From Bellilinea caldifistulae (lineage in GTDB: Bacteria; Chloroflexota; Anaerolineae; Anaerolineales; Anaerolineaceae): a stretch of 32,000 nt of DNA. Position 1 is the first letter of the stretch; every line of letters starts with the position of its first letter. This document shows, one piece after another, positions 8,227 through 14,882 of the stretch. The notes under the pieces are model-generated. The model was not told the origin of the DNA. It searched no databases and was given only the letters and a program-made list of their open reading frames with translations. Both the position numbers and the translations under genes were made by a program. The stretch lies in assembly GCF_001306055.1 (NCBI RefSeq), contig NZ_LGHJ01000006.1:104633-136632 (forward strand), read 5' to 3'.

Positions 8227-8865
8227 TCACCGACGCACATAGCGCAAGTGTGTGGCGGCTGGACTATCAAGAACCCTGTCAATGCGAAACTGCGGCAACG
8301 GCTCGCGCAGGTTTTCGAAGAGACGCCGCCCGCCACCGAACAACACGGGGGCCAGGGCGATTTCCAGCTCGTCAACGACACCCAGGTTCAGGTACTGCTG
8401 GATCACATCCGCTCCACCCGCGATACGAATATCACGACTGCCTGCGGATTCCCGAGCCAACTCTAGGGCACGCTCTGGCCCGTCATTGATGAAATAAAAG
8501 GTCGTTCCACCAGGGCGTACCCAGGGATTCCGATTCTCGTGAGTAAGAACGTATACCGGCGTGTGAAACGGAGCCTCCTCTGGCCAACCACGCTCGCCAC
8601 CGTCGAACATTCGCTTGCCCATGATGTTGGCTCCGATACGCTCCGTGGTGGTGCGAAGCAATTCATTGACTGGGCCGGTCTCTCCACCTGGTCCAAGCTT
8701 GAGATTCTCGCGGAAGTACTGTTGATTAAATATCCAGCCCATCAGCGCACCCCACTTGGCGCCCCAGTCCTTGTAGTCTGGGTTGTCCCAGTTCTCCATG
8801 GTCATTCCTTCCGGTGCGATGTAGCCATCGAGACTAAGGCTAATGTTGACGAATACTTTGCTCAT
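8227..8865 (-). CDS. Dihydrofolate-reductase-like protein, RibD C-terminal domain family
   Basis: MSKVFVNISLSLDGYIA...GKRMF........W........PVYVLTH......W......F....G.....L......G..DI.I.GGA...Q.YL..G..DEL.I...PV..G.G..LF is the characteristic RibD_C (PF01872) pattern. The RBS is AGGGAGAA. Confidence 0.8.
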   Translation of the reverse strand: MSKVFVNISLSLDGYIAPEGMTMENWDNPDYKDWGAKWGALMGWIFNQQYFRENLKLGPGGETGPVNELLRTTTERIGANIMGKRMFDGGERGWPEEAPFHTPVYVLTHENRNPWVRPGGTTFYFINDGPERALELARESAGSRDIRIAGGADVIQQYLNLGVVDELEIALAPVLFGGGRRLFENLREPLPQFRIDRVLDSPAATHLRYVRR

Positions 8866-8893
8866 GATTCTCCCTTCGCGTGTTCGGATGTCA

Positions 8894-8970
<77 letters not shown>

Positions 8971-8997
8971 AACCCGTGGTTCTTTGAAATAAGCCTT

Positions 8998-9561
8998 TCA
9001 AACAATCCTTTCCATTTCCATCTGATCTTGACGATCAGGACGAATCCAGAATAAAGCAATGTTGGCTTCTCTACATAATTCAGCCAATATATCTCGTCGA
9101 ATTCTACCATTCCACTTGCCACTCAGATAGCCACTGCTTTGTGACGTAAATACGAAATCAGCAATAACTTCGGCTCGCCCGTCCTGCAAAATGCCTGAAA
9201 TTTGTTTCAATGATTCTATGTCTTCCGACAAAACGCTTTTAAAGCGACGCCTATGTTGTTGAGGTGAGTGCCCCCAGCGCTGGAAGGCTTTTATCTGAAC
9301 AACAAGTACAGGCTGGACACACCCCGGGGTGGTATTGGCTTGGCCTATGACAAGATCAAACTTGCGCTCTCCCCGAGAAACTCCGCAGAGACGGGTTTCG
9401 CTGTAAATTTCTGAAAGCGGACATCCATTTTCGAGAAGCCGATAGTAAAGATAAGCCGCTACGTCTGCTTCCAGCAAAGGAAAGAACTTCTTCTGATTGA
9501 AAGCATCACACAAGTCTTGTAAAGACCTTTGGAGTAAATCAAAAGCACTCTTAGTATCCAA
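8998..9561 (-). CDS. Hypothetical protein, 187 aa, with a possible PD-(D/E)xK-type nuclease motif arrangement
   Basis: I recognise no family. The start is a TTG at 9561, with GGAG 10 nt upstream and no in-frame ATG available. The motif order is LLEAD (helix), YSETRL (strand), RKFDLVIG (strand with Asp), then VLVVQIKAF (Q-x-K). This resembles the E...D...(E/Q)xK core of PD-(D/E)xK nucleases. The ORF is flanked by attC sites on both sides. Confidence 0.6.
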   Translation of the reverse strand: MDTKSAFDLLQRSLQDLCDAFNQKKFFPLLEADVAAYLYYRLLENGCPLSEIYSETRLCGVSRGERKFDLVIGQANTTPGCVQPVLVVQIKAFQRWGHSPQQHRRRFKSVLSEDIESLKQISGILQDGRAEVIADFVFTSQSSGYLSGKWNGRIRRDILAELCREANIALFWIRPDRQDQMEMERIV

Positions 9562-9593
9562 CTCTAATGCTCTCCATTGTTCATGAAAGGGCT

Positions 9594-9665
9594 GGCTAAC
9601 GGTTTGCGCTTCACCTGCGCCGTGAAGCGCAGCGGAGCGGCGTCAGGTGGAAGCGCGTGTTAGCC
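9594..9665 (-). repeat. attC site (DpnI-like cassette)
   Basis: GGCTAAC (9594-9600) and GTTAGCC (9659-9665) are exact reverse complements. The inner arm GCGCTTCACCTG pairs with CAGGTG(G)AAGCGC, leaving one extrahelical G. It begins 4 nt after the stop of the 9669-10451 ORF. Confidence 0.8.
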
Positions 9666-9668
9666 CGC

Positions 9669-10451
9669 CTATTGCATAGATCGGTAAATTTTACGATATA
9701 CACCTGGCTTGATAAACTGTATCAAGCCCAAGTCTCTGATAATTTGAAGTTGTTGCCTAATCTTGGCTCGTATGTTTTGGTTAGCGGGATAGGATTTAGC
9801 CAATTCTTTCTCATAAGCGTACACTTGTTGAAGTGTGAACTGTTGGGGTAGTGATTCTACTATCCGTAGGACGAGAGCAACCCATCCCCTTTGGTCCAAG
9901 GTTAGCGTTGACACAGAATGAGCAGTCTGCCATTGCAACCTGACTATTGTTGGTGGGCTTGCTGAACCATTTTGCACCACATCTACAAATGCAGTACATG
10001 GTATAGATTCAAGTGCCAATAAGCACCCTTGCCAACCCGCGCGTCGCGCTTGTGGACCTAAAGGGCGACGAGGAATGATGCTTTGTTCAGTTATCCACGA
10101 CCGATGAAGTATTCTAACCTGTTGAACAGATAGGTTCTTGAGATCATATTGTAGGAGGATCAGGGAAGGATGCCTTCCATTCTTAATTGCTTGGATTGTG
10201 GTATTGTATTCTGCCCCTAGTATCTTCTTCCCAAAAGGTTTTGATTGGCTTTTAAGTTGATAGGTTTCCCCACAAGACTGACACTGAAAATCAGATGTGC
10301 GTGAGTTCGCCGGCAAAAGAGACAATGTCCCGCCACAAGAAGGACATTCAAGATTGTCGGATGCCCACGCTTCCGTAAGAATACGCGCTTTCTGCGACGC
10401 ACTCTTGTAACCTTGTATTTTACTAAGATATCTTGAAAAACCAATATCCAT
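9669..10451 (-). CDS. DpnI-like (Dam-replacing family) methyl-directed type IIM restriction endonuclease
   Basis: YKSASQKARILTEAW, CPSCGG...CQSCGE, RRPLGPQARRAGWQGC and the C-terminal winged-helix tail IRAKIRQQLQIIRDLGLIQFIKPGVYRKI closely match the DpnI sequence as I remember it (SNSQKARILTEDW, CPNCG...CNHC, RKPLAPTARRAGWIGC, IKEKIRQQLQILRDKEIIEF..GKYRKL). Confidence 0.85.
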   Translation of the reverse strand: MDIGFSRYLSKIQGYKSASQKARILTEAWASDNLECPSCGGTLSLLPANSRTSDFQCQSCGETYQLKSQSKPFGKKILGAEYNTTIQAIKNGRHPSLILLQYDLKNLSVQQVRILHRSWITEQSIIPRRPLGPQARRAGWQGCLLALESIPCTAFVDVVQNGSASPPTIVRLQWQTAHSVSTLTLDQRGWVALVLRIVESLPQQFTLQQVYAYEKELAKSYPANQNIRAKIRQQLQIIRDLGLIQFIKPGVYRKIYRSMQ

Positions 10452-10469
10452 AATAACATCTCAAGAGCA

Positions 10470-10486
10470 GGCTAACGGTGTTAGCC
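10470..10486 (-). repeat. Vestigial attC: GGCTAAC-GGT-GTTAGCC (R boxes only; the whole internal part is deleted)
   Basis: The ends are identical to those of the full attC at 9594-9665 (GGCTAACGGT...GTGTTAGCCCGC), but about 55 internal bp are missing. It lies 7 nt after the Mrr stop and 18 nt before the DpnI-like start. Confidence 0.65.
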
Positions 10487-10493
10487 CGCTTTT

Positions 10494-11342
10494 TTATAGC
10501 GAAGCAAACCAATTTTTATCAACCGACACCTTTTCAACCTGGATTTTTTCGGTTTTTACGCCTAAAGCCAACTCTCGCAATTTTTCAACCAACTGATCGC
10601 CATCTATCAAATCAATTGCAGGTGCGCCATCACGGGTGGCTTCCCATACGGCATCTTTGGTAAATGTTCCCGTTGTAACCAGTAAACCTTTATCGGCTCG
10701 TCCAACCATTGCGCCACGAAAATCTCTTACTTGATTTGCCCTTACTGCGCCTTGCCAGCGTTTACACTGAAAAATTACATGAAAACTCAATAAACCACCC
10801 AAGCGCATAATACCACGACCATCTATACCCCCATCTCCACTGCGCCCTGTAACTTCAACTTGAATAAAACCAGATTCTCGTAAAAATCGTTGTATCAGTC
10901 TTTCAAAGGCATCTGGCTCCATTTTCATCAGCGTTTCGAGCAACTCTTCTTGCCAAGTGAGCGTTTTGCTTTCTTCGTCAACTTCAGTGGCTTCTAAACG
11001 TTCTGCCCGTAATTGCCCTCGCACTACTCTGACAACTTCCTTTTCATTTACATCTGTCAGGTTTCTGCCTTCAGGAGTTAATGCCCAAACACCACGACTA
11101 GAATTTTCAAGAATCCCGTACCTTTTCAAATAACTGCGTGTCCATGCTAACCGATATTCAAATTCAGTTTGTCCACCACGTTTTGAATCGTGCAAAATAT
11201 CCAACTGCTCATCTTGCAAGCCTAAAATTTCTGCAACCTTACTGTTGATTTCTTCAACTGTTCCCGATCCACCCAATTTTTTCATCGCTCGGAGTAGGGG
11301 ATTCATCATTTCGTCATAGGTAGGAATATTGTTCTTTGACAT
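10494..11342 (-). CDS. mrr: Mrr-family type IV (modification-dependent) restriction endonuclease
   Basis: The N-terminal winged helix is Mrr_N type (IPTYDEMMNPLLRAMKKLGG..T..EI...VAE.LGL...Q). The C-terminal Mrr_cat core is FE.L...FL...GF..VEVTGRSGDGGIDG.G.........V.FQCKRW...V....VRDF.GAM.....KG..VTTG.F. It is the first cassette next to attI. Confidence 0.85.
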   Translation of the reverse strand: MSKNNIPTYDEMMNPLLRAMKKLGGSGTVEEINSKVAEILGLQDEQLDILHDSKRGGQTEFEYRLAWTRSYLKRYGILENSSRGVWALTPEGRNLTDVNEKEVVRVVRGQLRAERLEATEVDEESKTLTWQEELLETLMKMEPDAFERLIQRFLRESGFIQVEVTGRSGDGGIDGRGIMRLGGLLSFHVIFQCKRWQGAVRANQVRDFRGAMVGRADKGLLVTTGTFTKDAVWEATRDGAPAIDLIDGDQLVEKLRELALGVKTEKIQVEKVSVDKNWFASL

Positions 11343-11540
11343 TGTTGACCTTTGAAACGATTACACAATGGGCGGACTAACGATTATATTATACAGACTT
11401 CTGATACACTGCATTTTTGCCGTATATCTAGACCAATGAAGTGGGTTATACCGCGATTATGCCTGGTTATCTAAGACCCTCCGATTAGAATTATTACTAA
11501 ATAGATTATATTAAACTAGGGAAAAATTTCAACTGTTTTT
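11343..11540 (-). promoter_or_regulatory. attI-like region with the cassette junction core (minus strand GTTAGTC = 11375-11381)
   Basis: This is a strongly AT-rich ~200-bp spacer between the divergent intI remnant and the first cassette. A GTTRRRY-type core lies 33 nt upstream of the Mrr start. The short motif CGATTA recurs at 11381, 11454 and 11482; whether these are recombinase-binding repeats is speculative. Confidence 0.5.
11505..11532 (-). promoter_or_regulatory. Candidate cassette promoter (Pc): TTGAAA-16-TATAAT on the minus strand
   Basis: Read directly: the minus strand has TTGAAA (11532-11527), a 16-nt spacer, then TATAAT (11510-11505). It is oriented toward the cassette array and lies just upstream of the intI remnant ATG. 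Confidence 0.45.
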
Positions 11541-12301
11541 ATGCCTGATCCATCCTCTCCAAGACCCAAAAAACTTCTCGATCTGCTTCGAGATGCCATC
11601 CGGCTGAAATGGGTATCGCTGAGATCGAAGCCTTCCTCACCCATCTGGCGAAAGACGAGCATGTTTCTGCCTCTACTCAAAACCAGGCCTTGAGCGCACT
11701 TATCTTTCTCTACCGTGATGTGCTTGACTTACCCCTCAATTTGACATTTCAGTCAGTTCAGGCGAGGAGGCCAAAACATCTGCCGACGCTAGTTTCGAAG
11801 ACTGAGGTCGAGCGAGTGCTGCGCCAGATGAGCGGAGAAACCCTGCTGATGACCCAGCTTATGGCAGCGGCTGACGTTTGCGGGTGAAAGATGTGGACTT
11901 TGAACAACACCGGATTATGGTGCGTGACCCAAAAGGAAGGCATGATCGCACGACCAGGCTGCCAGTAACCCTTGAGCTGTCCTTGCAAGCTTAACTCCAG
12001 GCGGTGAAACACCTTCATGAGCGCGACCTTGCTTCCGGGCACGGAGAAGTGCCCCTTCCCTCGGTTCTGGGCAGGTGTTCGTACTGTTCAGGAGCTATTA
12101 GGGCATAAGGATGTAAAGACGACCAGGATATATACCCACGCGCTTAATCGCGGAGCCAATGCTGTGCGCAGCCCGCTGGATGAGAGAGGCTGCTTGTTCA
12201 AGCTTGTCCCTGCTCTTGTCTGGAGTTTTAATCCTTGCATGGACTCGGTCGAGCTGTGCCAGATCTTGCTCAAATCGTGCTGCCTAACAAAACTTTTTTG
12301 A
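11541..12301 (+). pseudogene. intI: Integron integrase (IntI-type tyrosine recombinase) pseudogene
   Basis: Fragments lie in three frames: MPDPSSPRPKKLLDLLRDAIRLK; MGIAEIEAFLTHLAKDEHVSASTQNQALSALIFLYRDVL...RRPKHLPTLVSKTEVERVL; [37 protein letters not shown]...*...[18 protein letters not shown]; and [36 protein letters not shown]. There are in-frame stops at 11872-11874 and 11992-11994 and at least three frame changes. The segment between the YLP..L motif and [11 protein letters not shown], which in intact IntI holds the IntI-specific insertion and the box II His/Arg, is absent. Confidence 0.85.
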
Positions 12302-12308
12302 TGAAGTA

Positions 12309-13307
12309 CTAGGCATTCAGGTAAGGCAAGTCCAGCATCAGGACATCCAGCAGCAGGCGGGTATTGAGGTTGGCGTCCAGTCCGGCCTGGGCCTGCTCAA
12401 CGGCGTTCAGGCAGGCGTAGGCACGCCGCAGGTCAAGGCGGGCGGCAATGCTTTCGAGCCGCTCGCGCTGGTCAAGGTTGGTGAGCGCCCCGGCAGATGC
12501 GCCGCAAATCAACAGCACATCCCGCCACAGGCTGCTCCAGGTTTGCAGCACGGCGCGGATTTTCTCGCGGTCGTTGCCTTCAGCCAGCCCCTCGCTGATT
12601 TGAAAGCGGGTCAAGCGGTCGCCGCTCAGAGCGGTGAAGAACAGATCAATTCGGCGCTGGCGTTCGGTGAGCGCCTGCTCATCGTGAAGAAGGCGCAAGG
12701 CCATCCCCGGACGTCCCCCGCTCAAATGAGCGAAAAGGCGCGCCTGCTCTATTGGGACACCCGCGCTGCGCTGCAAGTGGTCGGCCAGTGCATCCAGCGC
12801 CATCGGGCGCAGGCGCAGCACCTCGCAGCGCGAGAGGATGGTGGGCAGTACGTCTTCGGGGGTGGGGGCAGTCAGCAATAAAATGACTTTGGGCGGGGCT
12901 TCTTCCAGCGTTTTGAGCAGGGCGTTCTGCGCACTGGGGGTGGCCTGTTCAAAATTGAGCAGCAGGGCAAGCCGGTAGGGGGCTTCGTAGGGGGAAAGGG
13001 AGAGGCTGCGCTGCAATTCGCGCACCTGTTCCACTTTGAGACTGCTGGCACCTTCGGCTGGCTGAATCACGCTCAGGTCGGCGTGTTCCATGCGGGCAAT
13101 CTGGCGGCAGGTGCGGCATTCGTCGCATGGTTCGCCGGGCTGAACCGGCTGGGGGCAATTCAAGGCGCGCGCGAAGGCCAGCGCCAGCGTGCGCCTTCCC
13201 ACGCCGGGCGGACCGCTGAACAGGTAAGCATGGCGCACTTCCCCATTGCGGATGTGCTGCTGCAACAGGCGCACCGCCCAATCATGACCCCAGATTTCCC
13301 ACGGCAT
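12309..13307 (-). CDS. holB: DNA polymerase III subunit delta-prime
   Basis: ...HAYLFSGPPGVGRRTLALAFARALNC....GEPCDECRTCRQI....H.DL........S..V.QVREL........Y...Y....L.......SAQNALLKTLEEPP..V.L.L......VLPTI.SRC is the classical HolB pattern. Confidence 0.9.
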   Translation of the reverse strand: MPWEIWGHDWAVRLLQQHIRNGEVRHAYLFSGPPGVGRRTLALAFARALNCPQPVQPGEPCDECRTCRQIARMEHADLSVIQPAEGASSLKVEQVRELQRSLSLSPYEAPYRLALLLNFEQATPSAQNALLKTLEEAPPKVILLLTAPTPEDVLPTILSRCEVLRLRPMALDALADHLQRSAGVPIEQARLFAHLSGGRPGMALRLLHDEQALTERQRRIDLFFTALSGDRLTRFQISEGLAEGNDREKIRAVLQTWSSLWRDVLLICGASAGALTNLDQRERLESIAARLDLRRAYACLNAVEQAQAGLDANLNTRLLLDVLMLDLPYLNA

Positions 13308-13326
13308 AGGTTGATTTTAACCGAAT

Positions 13327-13965
13327 TCAAGCCATTTCGGGTTGGATCAGGAACACCCCCGCGCAAAACGAAACCGGCTCGAACGCGGCTTGAAAGCCGG
13401 CGGCGCGCAGGGCCGGCAGGTCGTCCTCAACCAGCCAGTAGGGTTCTTCGTCCCATGCATCGGCGGCGGCTTGCTTTGCCTGTTGGCGTGCTTCCGCATT
13501 GGGGAAGGCAATATCACCGATCACGATCCAGCCGCCGGGTTCAAGGTGATTGCGCAGGTGTGTGAGCAGGGCAATTTTGCCAGCCTGATCGAAGTGATGA
13601 AAAACATAAGCAGAGACCATCCGCGCGTAATGCTGCGGCACATCGGCGGGCAGCGGATTGCCCAACTGGTGTTGAAAGAATCTGGCCCCCGGTACTTTGC
13701 GGCGGGCAATTTTCAGCATTTCGGCGGAAAAGTCGCTGCCCCACACGCGGCAGCCGGCCTGCACAAAGCGGGCGGTCAGGTTGCCGGTGCCACAGCCGAG
13801 ATCCAGCACACTCAAACCGGGCCGAACCCCGGCGCGTTGAAAGACCCGCTCCAGCACCCCGGCGTAGCCCTCAAAGGGGAGGCCCTGACCGCGCTCGACT
13901 TCCGAGTCGTAGTTCTCTGCCCACCGGTCAAATTCCCCAGGCGTGAACAGGCCGTTTACTTCCAC
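13327..13965 (-). CDS. Class I SAM-dependent methyltransferase
   Basis: Motif I is VLDLGCGTGNL, followed by GSDFS..ML..A. I chose the GTG at 13965 as the start (VEVNGLFTPGEFDRW...). The longer track ORF (to 14106) overlaps the upstream gene by 150 nt and has no homology signal in that stretch. Confidence 0.75.
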   Translation of the reverse strand: MEVNGLFTPGEFDRWAENYDSEVERGQGLPFEGYAGVLERVFQRAGVRPGLSVLDLGCGTGNLTARFVQAGCRVWGSDFSAEMLKIARRKVPGARFFQHQLGNPLPADVPQHYARMVSAYVFHHFDQAGKIALLTHLRNHLEPGGWIVIGDIAFPNAEARQQAKQAAADAWDEEPYWLVEDDLPALRAAGFQAAFEPVSFCAGVFLIQPEMA

Positions 13966-14696
13966 TCGAACACCAGCGCCGGGAAGTCCGGCAGGTTGAT
14001 GGTCATTTTGGACGGTTCGGGACTGCCGCACGTTCCCCCAATGCAGTTGCATTTTTCGTCCATCAGGTTGCTGGTGCAGGAGATGGCGGTGTACTCCACC
14101 ACCCAATCCCCTCGTACCGTGGGCGGCATGAAGGCGTAAAAGACTCCTTCCGGGTCGGTCATCGCATCGGTGCGCTGCTGATTGGGTGCTTCGCCCTGGG
14201 TGATCATGAATTGAATGCCGCTGATCGGTTTACCGGTGCGGTCGGCCACCCGCCCCATGACGGTCACCACGTTCTCCGGCTGAATGACCGGCACAGCCCG
14301 TAAATCCACCGGTGATTCAAGCAGTTGGGCAAAAATCCAACCGCTGATGCCCTTATCGTTCTCCACCCGAATCCACTCGCCGCCGGGGGATTTGCCGAGC
14401 ACGGTAAAGACCGTCCCTTTGCGCACACTGGCCTGAACGGCAAACAGATAGCCGGGGTTTGCGCGTACGTTGACCCAATCCACGGCGGTTTTCACCTCAA
14501 AGGGGGCAAACGGTGTGGCCGTCGGCGTGGGGGTGGCGGTGGGCAGGGGGGTGGGTGATGGGGTGAGGGTGGCGGTCGGCGGTGGTGGGCTGGGGGTGAG
14601 CGTGTTGGTCGGCGTGGGGGTGGGTTGCGCCAGCGCGTTGCAGCCGGTCAGCATCAAAATTATGATGAGAATACCAATCCCGAAAAGAGCGCGCAT
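13956..14696 (-). CDS. Lipoprotein with a Pro/Thr-rich linker and an SH3b-like domain
   Basis: I placed the start at the ATG at 14696, which has a GGAGG RBS. The signal peptide plus lipobox is MRALFGIGILIIILMLTGC, followed by a PT linker of about 40 aa, then VDWVNVRANPG....V....KG..F.VLGKS..GEWIRV.......GWIF (bacterial SH3 pattern). Confidence 0.75.
   Translation of the reverse strand: MRALFGIGILIIILMLTGCNALAQPTPTPTNTLTPSPPPPTATLTPSPTPLPTATPTPTATPFAPFEVKTAVDWVNVRANPGYLFAVQASVRKGTVFTVLGKSPGGEWIRVENDKGISGWIFAQLLESPVDLRAVPVIQPENVVTVMGRVADRTGKPISGIQFMITQGEAPNQQRTDAMTDPEGVFYAFMPPTVRGDWVVEYTAISCTSNLMDEKCNCIGGTCGSPEPSKMTINLPDFPALVFEWK
14529..14634. repeat. Low-complexity G-run tract (plus strand) encoding the Pro/Thr linker
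   Basis: Repeated GGGGG/GGGG/GGG runs separated by 1-7 nt (gtgggggtggcggtgggcaggggggtgggtgatggggtgagggtgg...), corresponding to ACC/CCC/CCA codons on the coding strand. Confidence 0.6.
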
Positions 14697-14882
14697 GATC
14701 TGGTCCCTCCTCTTCTCTAAACCGATCTCTCCTGCGCATGGGGGCTGGTTGTGTTCCTCCATATCTGAATTATACAACTTTCGCTGACCAGACAATCGTT
14801 CCGAGAGCCGGCAATTGTAAAAGAAAACAACCTGCCGGGGGGGTGTCCTTTGGGCAGAGCGTTGGAACGTCTTTTGATCAAC

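Noticed and set aside
7617-8381. The 254-aa version of the GyrI-like ORF starting at 8381
   Set aside because: The first 98 codons run through the attC site and the 3' end of the neighbouring cassette gene, and encode Cys/Arg-rich nonsense. An ATG at 8087 with a GGGAGA RBS gives a compact 156-aa GyrI-like domain.
11758-12273. Minus-strand ORFs 11758-12042 and 12088-12273, considered as possible extra cassette genes
   Set aside because: They lie antisense to the IntI-homologous fragments, on the integrase side of attI. They have no flanking attC sites and no recognisable motifs.
13966-14106. A 5' extension of the SAM methyltransferase ORF up to 14106
   Set aside because: It would overlap the upstream lipoprotein gene by 150 nt in another frame, and it precedes the conserved methyltransferase fold. 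A GTG at 13965 gives a 10-nt overlap with the upstream stop, typical of coupled genes. The start remains somewhat uncertain.
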